DNA from: a virus
Taxonomy: Duplodnaviria; Caudoviricetes
IMG/VR virus record: IMGVR_UViG_3300007983_000342
Coordinates: 1 to 51,831 of that record
Direction: 5' to 3' (one strand)
DNA: 51,831 nt
A program made the position numbers and the translations under genes. Positions 9,701-17,689 of the stretch are shown one piece after another. Numbering within the stretch: the first letter of the stretch is position 1; each line of letters starts with the position of its first letter. The notes under the pieces are model-generated. The model worked only from the letters and a program-made list of their open reading frames with translations, made no database searches and had not been told where the DNA came from.

Positions 9701-10525
9701 CTTTTAGACAATATGCCAGATAAGGACCATAGTAAATACCTCGTAACTACCCGGGACTTAACTGTAGATGACCACATCAATATACAGGAAGTAGTCCAAT
9801 ACCATTGTAATCAGTCGGTGTCTAAAACTTCTAATCTTCCTAGTAACTATCCGTTTAGTAGCTTTAAAGATCTCTACACCAACGCCTGGAAAAAAGGACT
9901 CAATGGGTTCACTACTTATCGTGAAGGTTCTATGGAATCTGTGATGTCCGATGTTGCCAAGGCTGAAGAGACTAAAGAAATTATTAAGCGTGACATCAAG
10001 TTACCTGATGTATTTAATAACGGACCTACATCTATTATTAAAAGAGAAGGTAAAAAATTCTATATCCATTTTTCGTACTTACCGGAAGATTCAGAAATGA
10101 CCTTTCCTGTAGCTATGTGGATATACAGTAACAACAAGTATAAAGAAAAAGACGAACTTAAAGTCTGTAACAAAGCCGCTAGAAACTTAGCTAAACTAGC
10201 CCTCAAAAGTAATGTTGATGGGGATATCGTTCAGGACGCTATAGATAAATCCAAAACAGATTTCCCGCACAATAGGCTTGGGAGGCTTATCTCTCTTTGT
10301 TTACGACATCATATCCCGAGAGAGGATATTTTAGTAGACCTTATCGGTATAGACGGAGATAATGTATCTACTCTTCTTACTGCAGTACGAAAGTTTTTAT
10401 CAGGCACGTTAAAGGACGGGACTAGCTTGAGAGGTATTCAGTGCGAAGAGTGTGGTAGCGAGTCAATAGTGTTAGAAGGCGGCTGTAAGAAGTGTATTGA
10501 TTGTGGCTTTAGTGGCTGCGGATGA
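6794..10525 (+). CDS. nrdJ: Class II (adenosylcobalamin-dependent) ribonucleotide reductase with intein
   Basis: NCF, GGYGINF, RKGAMMG, HPDIEEF, EPGVIF, NP|CGEI, CLLGSLNL, SNGIEP, QSVSKT; single Tyr in GFTTYR (no class I YY pair); C-terminal Zn ribbon and CG; no ATP cone. Confidence 0.9.
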   Translation: MFKTQLAFENWMSKYRYQNEEPIDTFRRVAKALAAVEKKKDREMWEDRFLRTLVKFSQEGIPVGLKATTGGRITANIGTGYKHATLMNCFINGPVSGAKIKYSRKTFDNKLSHDITYNSDDSPDDLINIFLTLLEQAKTLASEGGYGINFDFIRPRGALIKGTGIFHPGIVSYMKVWDSVSECIVKGIHDGYTDKLKNYLGEEDFEKSKDVIKAMTRKGAMMGVLPVSHPDIEEFVRAKQTSGVLTKFNISVLIDDKFMEAVINDTFYDLTFKDKVYKRVKARDLYNLIMESTYNRAEPGVIFVDNMHRNNPLSYLGKANATNPCFSKDMYVYSKTGVHKIEDNIGKPLDILQDCRVKLIDPEKEIFEVLPKESGFRYTPSQSGLVLTRENAKTIKTTLKSHFKPIVSTENHRFFTKKGAVKAKDLRVGDEVLITYQDYPSMVETPLDGLAFLLGLIDGDGGVASCPDKYCVFLDFWGEDRHNLESQVKHIIEGLYDLYGEHIKTKRERDISPYYVSYINKSNKIRIGSSFLYHLLKDKFNWSGEKRDIPKLFFNTSRTNKYAKNYIAGLFYSDGTVSITPGRVSARISQSDETYLEDIGVLLFSLGIGSSVLKRRNKHNKRMPDGRGGTRVYACKEQFELIIYKTHFERFYRITKDLFQNKKTEIIKNNIKCRNKRKEYLKVKSIKEHTTQDVYCLKEDKYKNMVVNGCSVARCGEIPGLPTLTTVCLLGSLNLTQYIVISNGKPVFDYESFKADVITFSRMLDNVNDITYNSLPSYDWATKNVRQFGMGLNGLGSSLLMLGVPYNSKEAVAFVKELCDIKENLTWQTSARLAEEKGTFPAYDKKKFESTEYFKSDRLWPETKKLLRKHGARNGKTTTNPPLGNSSIICDVVSNGIEPVFMLEYERKSIVKNWPEGLDESNIKSKMKYYKENDYEYWRGEYGDREYYYEPHNRGLCEVTAVRDYGYQWLLDNMPDKDHSKYLVTTRDLTVDDHINIQEVVQYHCNQSVSKTSNLPSNYPFSSFKDLYTNAWKKGLNGFTTYREGSMESVMSDVAKAEETKEIIKRDIKLPDVFNNGPTSIIKREGKKFYIHFSYLPEDSEMTFPVAMWIYSNNKYKEKDELKVCNKAARNLAKLALKSNVDGDIVQDAIDKSKTDFPHNRLGRLISLCLRHHIPREDILVDLIGIDGDNVSTLLTAVRKFLSGTLKDGTSLRGIQCEECGSESIVLEGGCKKCIDCGFSGCG
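7766..8935 (+). mobile_element. Intein (390 aa) with LAGLIDADG homing endonuclease inside the NPCGE active-site motif of nrdJ
   Basis: Starts CFSKD after NATNP; block B STENH; LAGLIDADG blocks LLGLIDGDG and IAGLFYSDG; ends VYCL...VVNGCSVAR before CGEIP. Confidence 0.92.
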
Positions 10526-10553
10526 TATTAACAATCTAACCTGGGAGCTTTAT

Positions 10554-10700
10554 ATGCTATCAGAAGGAAAATGTGATAACTGTAACACGGTATATAGTTT
10601 AAAAGAAAATGAAGCAGACGATGGGTATTGCTGCTTTGAATGCTGGGAAGAAGCTAACTGCCTAGAGCCTGAGGAGTTCCACGTATCCGTTGAGGCCTAA
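10554..10700 (+). CDS. Small Cys-rich, probably Zn-binding protein (48 aa)
   Basis: ATG at 10554 with GGGAG RBS; CDNC...CCFEC...C. Confidence 0.6.
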   Translation: MLSEGKCDNCNTVYSLKENEADDGYCCFECWEEANCLEPEEFHVSVEA

Positions 10701-10742
10701 TAAAAGGAGAGGGGGTGATTTATATCTCCCCCTCTCCTTTTA
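10701..10742. terminator. Bidirectional intrinsic terminator at a convergent junction
   Basis: Perfect 15-bp inverted repeat TAAAAGGAGAGGGGG / CCCCCTCTCCTTTTA overlapping the 3' end of dnaJ. Confidence 0.8.
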
Positions 10743-11646
10743 CTAACCCTAGTATCTTTTCTATCTTATTTATCTTTTCGTAGAGTATTCTAGTCTCCTC
10801 AATTACCCGAGGTTTTTTCTTTATATACCTAAATAATATATACCTATCAAGCATACCCTCTCTTTTATCCAGATACACGTACTCGGGCTCTTCTGGAGTA
10901 ATTATGTATGGTATATCTTTTCCATAGATACGAACGCTGTCTTTATCTCCTATAATGTCTTGTATTGGTGTAATACGAAGTTCCTTAATAAAACTATAAC
11001 CCTCTATAGTTAATACTCCGTCATGGAAAACTTTAATACCTACATGTATATCACTAAATTTTCCAGCACTGTATTCATTTCCATATCCTTTAAGTATCTT
11101 AAATCCCTTATGATAATCTTTTATCCCTATCTTTATATTGTATTCTTTTCTCTCAATAACGTATTTATTACCCTCGCACCTTAAGCATTCTTTAGAACTT
11201 TTATTACCAGAACCTCTACAAACAGGGCATACATCACTTTTACCCATCATTTTTAATACTTTGCTGTTTATACTACCTATACCATCACAGTGGTTACAGA
11301 CTCCCTTCTTGCCTTCCTTAGAGCCTGTGCCTTCGCATTGTTTACACACGACTAGCCGATCAATAATAAGCGTATGCTCTCTATAAAAGTAAATATCTTC
11401 TAAGGTTACTTTAATCTCTGTCTGTATGAAACCTTTACCTTGGCGAACACTTAACTTTTTAGGATTTAGTAAGGAAGGGTTAGTACAGACACTTCGGTAA
11501 GCTTCTTGGACTTCTTGGAACTTTGCGGGTGCTTCAGGAGAGTCATTTTTGTCTGGGTGATACTTTAGAGATAACAACCTATATTGCTTCTTAACAACCT
11601 CAACAGAATCCCCGGGGGATATATTTAGTATTTCTAGCACATTCAT
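10720..11646 (-). CDS. dnaJ: DnaJ-like co-chaperone
   Basis: J domain with HPD (KYHPDKN); four CxxCxG repeats (CKQCEGTG, CNHCDGIG, CPVCRGSG, CLRCEGNK); no G/F-rich linker. Confidence 0.88.
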   Translation of the reverse strand: MNVLEILNISPGDSVEVVKKQYRLLSLKYHPDKNDSPEAPAKFQEVQEAYRSVCTNPSLLNPKKLSVRQGKGFIQTEIKVTLEDIYFYREHTLIIDRLVVCKQCEGTGSKEGKKGVCNHCDGIGSINSKVLKMMGKSDVCPVCRGSGNKSSKECLRCEGNKYVIERKEYNIKIGIKDYHKGFKILKGYGNEYSAGKFSDIHVGIKVFHDGVLTIEGYSFIKELRITPIQDIIGDKDSVRIYGKDIPYIITPEEPEYVYLDKREGMLDRYILFRYIKKKPRVIEETRILYEKINKIEKILGLVKGEGEI

Positions 11647-11662
11647 ATATTATCTGTATATA

Positions 11663-11696
11663 GTATAAGGCTTCTACTTTTGCAGAAGCCTTATAC
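11663..11696 (-). terminator. Stem-loop ending the 13503-11710 gene cluster
   Basis: 13-bp perfect stem GTATAAGGCTTCT / AGAAGCCTTATAC, extended by G.U and C-G pairs on the minus strand; weak U-tract. Confidence 0.6.
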
Positions 11697-11709
11697 ATTT
11701 TTTAAGTTA

Positions 11710-12207
11710 TTAAGACTTTGGCGCGTTAACAAGTAACTCGTTACCAAAAATACCGGCGTAATCGTCAGGAAGTTGAACAGACTGAGAGGTAGTGCCTCTT
11801 TGGCCTGTCGTAGTTCTTGAGAACAGCGCACTTCTAGTTACCTCTAAAGAGTCACCTTTAGAACCAGTAGCTTTGAAAGCGATAGTAATAAGCTTATTAT
11901 ATAGGTTAGCCCCCAAGTCGCTGCGTGCGGCCCATTTGAAAGTATGTGAGGTTCCACTAGGTGAGAAAGTAAGTCCTGTAGAAACATTACCGCTCGCAGG
12001 AGTCATAGCACTCCACGTTGCCCCTCCATCAAGCGAGTACCAAGCACGAGAAATGCTTACAGAGGTATCTTCCGGATTACCTATACCGGTATATGGGATA
12101 TGTACGTTTTGAAAAGAGCTGCTTGAGTCGATGCTAGGAACACCTAATACAACCTGAAGGTCATAAACATCAACACTAGCACCCAAATTTTTTAAAGATG
12201 TAGCCAT
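11710..12207 (-). CDS. Ser/Thr/Gly-rich beta-sandwich-like protein, possible virion component
   Basis: YSLDGGATW and HTFKW motifs; composition typical of Ig-like structural domains. Confidence 0.5.
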   Translation of the reverse strand: MATSLKNLGASVDVYDLQVVLGVPSIDSSSSFQNVHIPYTGIGNPEDTSVSISRAWYSLDGGATWSAMTPASGNVSTGLTFSPSGTSHTFKWAARSDLGANLYNKLITIAFKATGSKGDSLEVTRSALFSRTTTGQRGTTSQSVQLPDDYAGIFGNELLVNAPKS

Positions 12208-12209
12208 TG

Positions 12210-12617
12210 TTAGTCTCCTTTATTCTTTTTTACGTCCTTAACTTTTTTAGGCGTAGGGACACTCAGCCCTGCTTTATTAAGTTGTTCTGACAAGTCGTTG
12301 TTTATCTTTTCAAGTTTGTTCTTTTCTGGCAAGTCATACACTTCATCATGCAGTATCTTTGCCGCATCTTCACTGTTCGGCTTATCTACGGCACTAGTTG
12401 TAATGTTTTGCCTCTTATACACAACAAAAGCAAGTAGTAAATTTTTATCCTTATCAGACAGGCCCTTATACGGGTCACTAGCGTTGCTTTCTAGATTATC
12501 CTTAACTATAAGCACTAATCTAGGGGCCTTATTATTAAGGAGGTCTATATCGAAGTCAGTCAGCCCTTGTATATTTGCGGCTAACTTTCTAACTACATTG
12601 CTTAAGTTCTTTTTCAT
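12210..12617 (-). CDS. Hypothetical protein
   Basis: 135-aa ORF translationally coupled (TAATG overlap) to the upstream gene. Confidence 0.7.
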   Translation of the reverse strand: MKKNLSNVVRKLAANIQGLTDFDIDLLNNKAPRLVLIVKDNLESNASDPYKGLSDKDKNLLLAFVVYKRQNITTSAVDKPNSEDAAKILHDEVYDLPEKNKLEKINNDLSEQLNKAGLSVPTPKKVKDVKKNKGD

Positions 12618-13051
12618 TAAGAATACTCGAAGATAAATCTATAGTTAACGTTTGCAGTTCCTACACTGTCAGAAGCTCCGAGCTTAACGTCTAGCCATAC
12701 AAATTCCGGACTTGCTGCAGTCAGACTAAGACCATCACCTGAGATCAATGAGAAATTACTAAAATCACTTACTCCATTCTGTTCTGACAGATCGTCAGAA
12801 AGAGCAGCGTTTCCTACTCCGATACCTGGTATAGCTGTGGCATTCTTAAAAGACCTAAAAGAGGTGCCCGCTAAACCTGCATCTTCCTCAAGGAAAAGCG
12901 CTAGTTGCGATATCGCAGTCTCATCTGTCTTTGCAGGTTTAACCACTACAGGAGAACTATACCCGCCTCTAACAACACTGCCGAAATTTATTCCTGTAAC
13001 ATCGTCAGCAGTTTTGCTCATATCGACAGGATTATAGGTGCTAATTTTCAT
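12617..13051 (-). CDS. Beta-rich protein, paralog of 13066..13503, possible virion fibre subunit
   Basis: Shares MKI, TGINFG, WLDV and VNYRFxFEYS with its neighbour. Confidence 0.7.
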   Translation of the reverse strand: MKISTYNPVDMSKTADDVTGINFGSVVRGGYSSPVVVKPAKTDETAISQLALFLEEDAGLAGTSFRSFKNATAIPGIGVGNAALSDDLSEQNGVSDFSNFSLISGDGLSLTAASPEFVWLDVKLGASDSVGTANVNYRFIFEYS

Positions 13052-13065
13052 ATTAACCTTCCTTT

Positions 13066-13503
13066 TTATGAATATTCAAATACGAATCTATAGTTAACTG
13101 TACTTGTTGAGCCCGTTTCACTTGCTCCAGCTTGCACGTCCAGCCAGATAAAGTCGCCTTCACCAGCAGTGTTGAGCCCAATGTTTACTCCCCCGGTCGT
13201 ACTTGGCGGGTTTGCTACTACTGAAAAATGATCTGATATGACATTTCCACTTAAGCCTGATGTGTATGAACGCACATCAGCAATAAAGTTAGAGTTATGA
13301 AAATATCCGTACTCTGATGAATTAAACCCGCCATTATTCTGTAGATATAGCTCAAGCCCAGATATATCTTCAGTTTCTTTTACCGGCCTAATACACACAG
13401 GAAGAGCTCCGTGTTGACCCTGTCTTACAAGACCGAAGTTTATACCTGTTATATCCTCAGCAACCAAATTGCCGGTCTGGGGACTATATGCCCGTATTTT
13501 CAT
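13066..13503 (-). CDS. Beta-rich protein, paralog of 12617..13051
   Basis: MKIRAYSP...ITGINFG...FIWLDVQAGAS...VNYRFVFEYS. Confidence 0.7.
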   Translation of the reverse strand: MKIRAYSPQTGNLVAEDITGINFGLVRQGQHGALPVCIRPVKETEDISGLELYLQNNGGFNSSEYGYFHNSNFIADVRSYTSGLSGNVISDHFSVVANPPSTTGGVNIGLNTAGEGDFIWLDVQAGASETGSTSTVNYRFVFEYS

Positions 13504-13554
13504 ATAACAACTTCTCTAATGTTTAAAGAAAACAATCTTTGGAAAGGATATAAA

Positions 13555-13570
13555 TATTAATAGAATATTA
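13555..13570 (-). promoter_or_regulatory. Putative late-promoter motif TAATATTCTATTAATA
   Basis: Recurrent 16-bp motif, about 50 nt upstream of the paralog pair. Confidence 0.55.
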
Positions 13571-14626
13571 CTAGGAATCTTCTTCCAAAACCTCTATAAT
13601 ATTTTGAAGCCTATGTATGTAGGTGTGGTTCTCTGCGGCTTTTCTATAAGCGTTGAAGGCCATTTGTTCCCTTTTTTCTTTACCTTTACCTATTAGGTAG
13701 TATCTTAGTTGCTTATTGAGGGATTTTTCGTCTGAGAAAAAAGCTACTTCGTTGCTGTTGAAGATTTCTTTTGCTTCAGGTCTTATGTCTTCCATAACCA
13801 TAAAACTTTGGCATAAAGGTACTTCATAGGCTCGTGGGTTTAAGCTCTCTGCAGCAAATCTGCTTCTGTTGTAGGGGTTTCTTTTTGTACGAGTACGTGG
13901 ATTCCACCCAATGTCTCTATACATATTAAGAACTGTTTTAGCTCCGTTATAATACTTAACAGTCTCGTTGTGGGGAATTGTCCCTGCCTCAAACACATAT
14001 TCTTGTAGAGGAGATTTTTTAGACATGTAATGGGTATGCCCACAAATTTTAAAATTAAGCTTATGTCTTCTTACAAGCGGAATGATAGATTCTAGAAGCT
14101 TAACTCTGTTAGGGTACATGGCTCCTAGAAAAAGAATATCACTATGATATTTCTTTTCTAAATATTCAGCAGGAACCTTACCACACTCGTGAGTACTTCC
14201 CGCAGTCGGGCAGTAGTAGACGTTCTTATACTTACCAGAGTTAGGTATGGACCTTTCATTGCTGAAGTAATAATCAATATCGGGTAGCCTATGCTTCATA
14301 GGATCAAAGCTGTGAGGATCCTCTGTAGCTACGACAACGCTTTTAACATGATAGAGGTTTTGAAAAATAAAAGGAGGAATATTAAGACCACCTATAAAAA
14401 GGACGTGGGTAAACCCTTTCTCCTTAATTAATGCCGTGGAGTGTACTGTATGATAGCACTGCTTATCGACTATCAACTCCCTCATATTGTGCCAAGGGAA
14501 AAACTCGTAAGGTATCTTAAGTTGATCTAAGGCATATCTATACCCGTAATACACATCCGTAAGGGCGAAGTGAGTAGAATCGGATACGAGAAGAAATTTG
14601 AATTTACGGCTTTGGTCTATGTTCAA
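13571..14626 (-). CDS. GT-B glycosyltransferase, CgeB-like
   Basis: DILFLGAMYPNR, YNGAKTVLN, NPRAYEV and C-terminal ENHTYIHRLQNII are characteristic of CgeB/Glyco_trans_1_2. Confidence 0.8.
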   Translation of the reverse strand: MNIDQSRKFKFLLVSDSTHFALTDVYYGYRYALDQLKIPYEFFPWHNMRELIVDKQCYHTVHSTALIKEKGFTHVLFIGGLNIPPFIFQNLYHVKSVVVATEDPHSFDPMKHRLPDIDYYFSNERSIPNSGKYKNVYYCPTAGSTHECGKVPAEYLEKKYHSDILFLGAMYPNRVKLLESIIPLVRRHKLNFKICGHTHYMSKKSPLQEYVFEAGTIPHNETVKYYNGAKTVLNMYRDIGWNPRTRTKRNPYNRSRFAAESLNPRAYEVPLCQSFMVMEDIRPEAKEIFNSNEVAFFSDEKSLNKQLRYYLIGKGKEKREQMAFNAYRKAAENHTYIHRLQNIIEVLEEDS

Positions 14627-14987
14627 CTTTGACTACTCCTGTCTCTTCAACAACACAATACACGGTTAAAATATCTCCCTTTATAAAACCTATATTTCTA
14701 GAGATAACCTTTGTTTCGTGAGTGTTCATATCCAGACAGCCAAAGTGAGAAAAGAACCAATCCGAGGGCTTTAGATCAGGGTGATCATCTTTATCTATTC
14801 TTATCTTGGGCTGGCCTTTCCAAAAAAGCTCTAGAGCTACTATCTTATCTTTATCTACTTCGTGCCAATTAGTAGCCTTCTTTCTTTTAGTTTTAGAGCT
14901 GAAGTAATTGTTTTTCTCTCTTACTTCATTACCGTCTTTGTAGAAAGCTACAAACCCTGTGAATCTTTTATTTTCTTTTTGGGGCAT
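14604..14987 (-). CDS. Hypothetical protein
   Basis: 127-aa ORF overlapping both neighbours in operon fashion. Confidence 0.7.
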   Translation of the reverse strand: MPQKENKRFTGFVAFYKDGNEVREKNNYFSSKTKRKKATNWHEVDKDKIVALELFWKGQPKIRIDKDDHPDLKPSDWFFSHFGCLDMNTHETKVISRNIGFIKGDILTVYCVVEETGVVKVEHRPKP

Positions 14988-15363
14988 AAAATTTAAACTT
15001 TTTAGCTTTAGGTTGTGCTGTAGGAGGTTTTACTCCTTTACTGCCTAAAGATTTGTCCGGCTTTCTCATCTTAGGCGTTAGCTGCGTCTTCTTAGGCTTC
15101 TTAGATTTTGGAGCCGTGTTTGTTTTAGGTTTTTTAGTTTTTTTGTGCGAAAACCAAGCTGGTTTTGTTCTCTTAAAAAGCTTTTTAGTCTTGCTAAACA
15201 GCTTAGTCCTTTTAAGATATCTTCTTCTTTTCAGCCTTAGTTTTGTTTTATTTTTCCTGTAATAAAGTTTTGCTTTAAGCCTATCCTTTGGGGTACGCTT
15301 CTTCAACTTTTTTACCATCTGACGTTTATACGCCAGGATTACTCTCGCTATTCTTTCAAACAT
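14968..15363 (-). CDS. Highly basic Lys/Arg-rich protein, possible DNA-condensing protein
   Basis: Long K/R runs, almost no acidic residues; AAAGGA RBS; preceded by the 16-bp motif. Confidence 0.65.
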   Translation of the reverse strand: MFERIARVILAYKRQMVKKLKKRTPKDRLKAKLYYRKNKTKLRLKRRRYLKRTKLFSKTKKLFKRTKPAWFSHKKTKKPKTNTAPKSKKPKKTQLTPKMRKPDKSLGSKGVKPPTAQPKAKKFKFYAPKRK

Positions 15364-15403
15364 TTTATAAATCCTTTCACAAAATAGTAATAGTATCTAA
15401 AAT

Positions 15404-15419
15404 TATGAAAAGATTATTA
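15404..15419 (-). promoter_or_regulatory. Putative late-promoter motif TAATAATCTTTTCATA
   Basis: Recurrent 16-bp motif, 40 nt upstream of 15363. Confidence 0.55.
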
Positions 15420-15962
15420 TGACGAAGATTTATGCTTCTGTTGAAATTTCCACAATCTGTACTCAGAAGAGTTCGCTAATTCCTTTTCTATTCTATCGTA
15501 AGCGTCTAGCAATGGAGCGGCTTTATCTGGAGTCATTCCTTTTTTCAATAGAGACTTCTTAAGCTTCTCAAGCTTTTTTAAAGGTTTTACCACTTTTTGA
15601 TACTTTTTAGAAGCACCCATCAATGAGGAAGCATTTTTAAGGTTGTGGCAAATCTTACAAAGATATAACCGCTCTCTACCGGTACCTTCTTTAGGCAGAT
15701 ACAGTTTAAAACACTTTTTACCGCATTTTGGGCACTTAACAAACCAACGAGCCCCGCCTAAATAATTCTCTTGGTGATCATACTCAAAGGTTTGGTTATT
15801 AATAGAAAAACCTTTAAGATTTTTATACATTAAACCCACTAAAGTCTCGTATTCTAACCCAGGGTTCCTGTTCTTTAACTCATCTTTGACTTTTTTAATA
15901 AGCGGGGCAAAATTGTAGCAAGCTGCGGTTTCTATAGCTAGGTATTTTTTATATCCAGTCAT
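15417..15962 (-). CDS. Zinc-ribbon protein of unknown function
   Basis: GGARWFVKCPKCGK...KLY...YLCKICHNL pattern. Confidence 0.7.
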   Translation of the reverse strand: MTGYKKYLAIETAACYNFAPLIKKVKDELKNRNPGLEYETLVGLMYKNLKGFSINNQTFEYDHQENYLGGARWFVKCPKCGKKCFKLYLPKEGTGRERLYLCKICHNLKNASSLMGASKKYQKVVKPLKKLEKLKKSLLKKGMTPDKAAPLLDAYDRIEKELANSSEYRLWKFQQKHKSSS

Positions 15963-16010
15963 AATCTATTCCTTTTTATCTACTTTTATATCTATCTATA
16001 CCGCCGTGGA

Positions 16011-16026
16011 TATGAATAGATTATTA
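16011..16026 (-). promoter_or_regulatory. Putative late-promoter motif TAATAATCTATTCATA
   Basis: Recurrent 16-bp motif, about 50 nt upstream of 15962. Confidence 0.55.
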
Positions 16027-16039
16027 GACAAGGGTTATT

Positions 16040-16558
16040 TTAACCTAGTTCTTTTTTATTCCCGCTAACAAATTTAAGAAAATCTTCCAGTGCTTTTATT
16101 AAGAATATTACCACTTTACCTATAAGTTTAGGCTCTTCCACAGCATCTGTAAGAGACTTATCTAAGACCCATTGATACGCTTCTAGCTCTGGGTAGTATC
16201 TACGCTTAAGGTCATCGTTTTTAAGAGTTTCTTCAAACTTAGCTGTAACCTCTTCTTTAGACCACTTAGAGGCAAAAGCCGGACACTCTCCAGGGCACGT
16301 ACAGATATCAAGACCCTCTACACTTTTAGTGCTCCCTGAACACGTAGGAGACCAAGTATTATCAACAAGGTTACAAGGCATACAATTGTAAGTGCACAAC
16401 TTAACTTCTTTTTCAATACCTCGCTCATCTCTATATTTGAGCAGCTGCCCATAAGCACAGTTTTCGTGCCTTTTCTTACGAGATGCCTGTATAGTTTCGT
16501 ATAAGTATTTACGTTTAAGTTGTCTGTATTTTCTATAAATTACTCCAGGACTACGCAT
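16040..16558 (-). CDS. Cys-containing hypothetical protein
   Basis: 172-aa ORF overlapping the NYN gene stop; NC...C...CxCxxxC. Confidence 0.7.
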   Translation of the reverse strand: MRSPGVIYRKYRQLKRKYLYETIQASRKKRHENCAYGQLLKYRDERGIEKEVKLCTYNCMPCNLVDNTWSPTCSGSTKSVEGLDICTCPGECPAFASKWSKEEVTAKFEETLKNDDLKRRYYPELEAYQWVLDKSLTDAVEEPKLIGKVVIFLIKALEDFLKFVSGNKKELG

Positions 16559-17078
16559 TATCGGTCTCCTCGTTTTTCTTCTTTTCTTCTTTATTGAAGA
16601 AAAATTTATTGTCCAAGAATCTAATAAGATCTACGTAATCGCAGAATTTCTTATTGAAACTTAAACCTGGTAGAGACCAGACCTCCACATATTTACCTTT
16701 TTCTTTAAGATATTTACAGAGGTCCAGAAAATCCCCGTCTCCAGACATGAGTACCCACTTATCAAACTTATCGATGTTTCTCATACAGTCGATGCATATA
16801 GCAATATCCTGATCAGTGCCCTTGTATATTCTCTTACCTTCAGAATCTTTACCGATGTGCGCTTGTTTGATATTTAACTCATACCCCAACGAACTTAATA
16901 GCGCTTCAAATCTATCGCTGTTGGCGTCCGGGCTTCTAATTATGTAAGCCACCATATCGAGAATGTCCTCTTCATTCTCCTTCAGAAAGTCACGGATCCG
17001 CAAAAAATCTATGCGCCTATTAATATCTTTTGCGGAAAAAAATAAATTTTGCACGTCTAGTTGTATAAAGGTTCTCAT
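16551..17078 (-). CDS. NYN/LabA-DUF88 (PIN-like) domain protein
   Basis: LDVQNL, KGTDQDIAICID, MSGDGDF, LKEKGKYVEV. Confidence 0.88.
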   Translation of the reverse strand: MRTFIQLDVQNLFFSAKDINRRIDFLRIRDFLKENEEDILDMVAYIIRSPDANSDRFEALLSSLGYELNIKQAHIGKDSEGKRIYKGTDQDIAICIDCMRNIDKFDKWVLMSGDGDFLDLCKYLKEKGKYVEVWSLPGLSFNKKFCDYVDLIRFLDNKFFFNKEEKKKNEETDNA

Positions 17079-17689
17079 TTTTTTATTGTCTCGATGATTA
17101 GATTATCTTTTATATTTTTTAGTCTATACACCTTTTTAGCATCTTCCATAAAAGTAGGATTATGCGTAACTAACAAAACATCCAACTTTAGCTTTTTAGA
17201 TATTTCCGATATAAGAGGGCTTACTTTGTATGCGTACTCAGAGTCAACTGCGCCAAAAGGCTCATCCATATAAAGGAATGGGTATTTTTTAAGTTTAATT
17301 AAACAAAGGACTCTTAGTAGAAAACTCTCTATAACGGTAACACTCCCGTGCGAACTTGGGTCTACCTCCTTTTCTCTGTAAATAGTGTTTAAGTCTATCC
17401 TTAGTTTAGACCCTCTCTCAACGAGTTCGGATTTAAAGGATATGTCCCTATCCGGGAATATAGTATTTAAGCCGTATGTAACAAGCTCGTCCATCTTTGA
17501 TAGATCCTTTTTAGCCAAAGTGTCTATCAAATGCTTTAGTACCTTTTCAGTCTTACTAAGGATGACGGACTCAGTCTCAAGATAAGATACTTCTACCTCT
17601 TTTTTCTTAATTTGAGTCCTTTTACTCTCATAGACACCCTCTAAGAAATTAATACGGCTCATAGTAGTGTCGAATTTAATCTCATCCAT
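17075..17689 (-). CDS. sbcC: SbcC/Rad50 ATPase, C-terminal half
   Basis: Short coiled coil, degenerate signature (SSHGS), Walker B/D-loop LYMDEPFGAVD, H-loop LVTHN; no Walker A. Confidence 0.82.
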   Translation of the reverse strand: MDEIKFDTTMSRINFLEGVYESKRTQIKKKEVEVSYLETESVILSKTEKVLKHLIDTLAKKDLSKMDELVTYGLNTIFPDRDISFKSELVERGSKLRIDLNTIYREKEVDPSSHGSVTVIESFLLRVLCLIKLKKYPFLYMDEPFGAVDSEYAYKVSPLISEISKKLKLDVLLVTHNPTFMEDAKKVYRLKNIKDNLIIETIKK

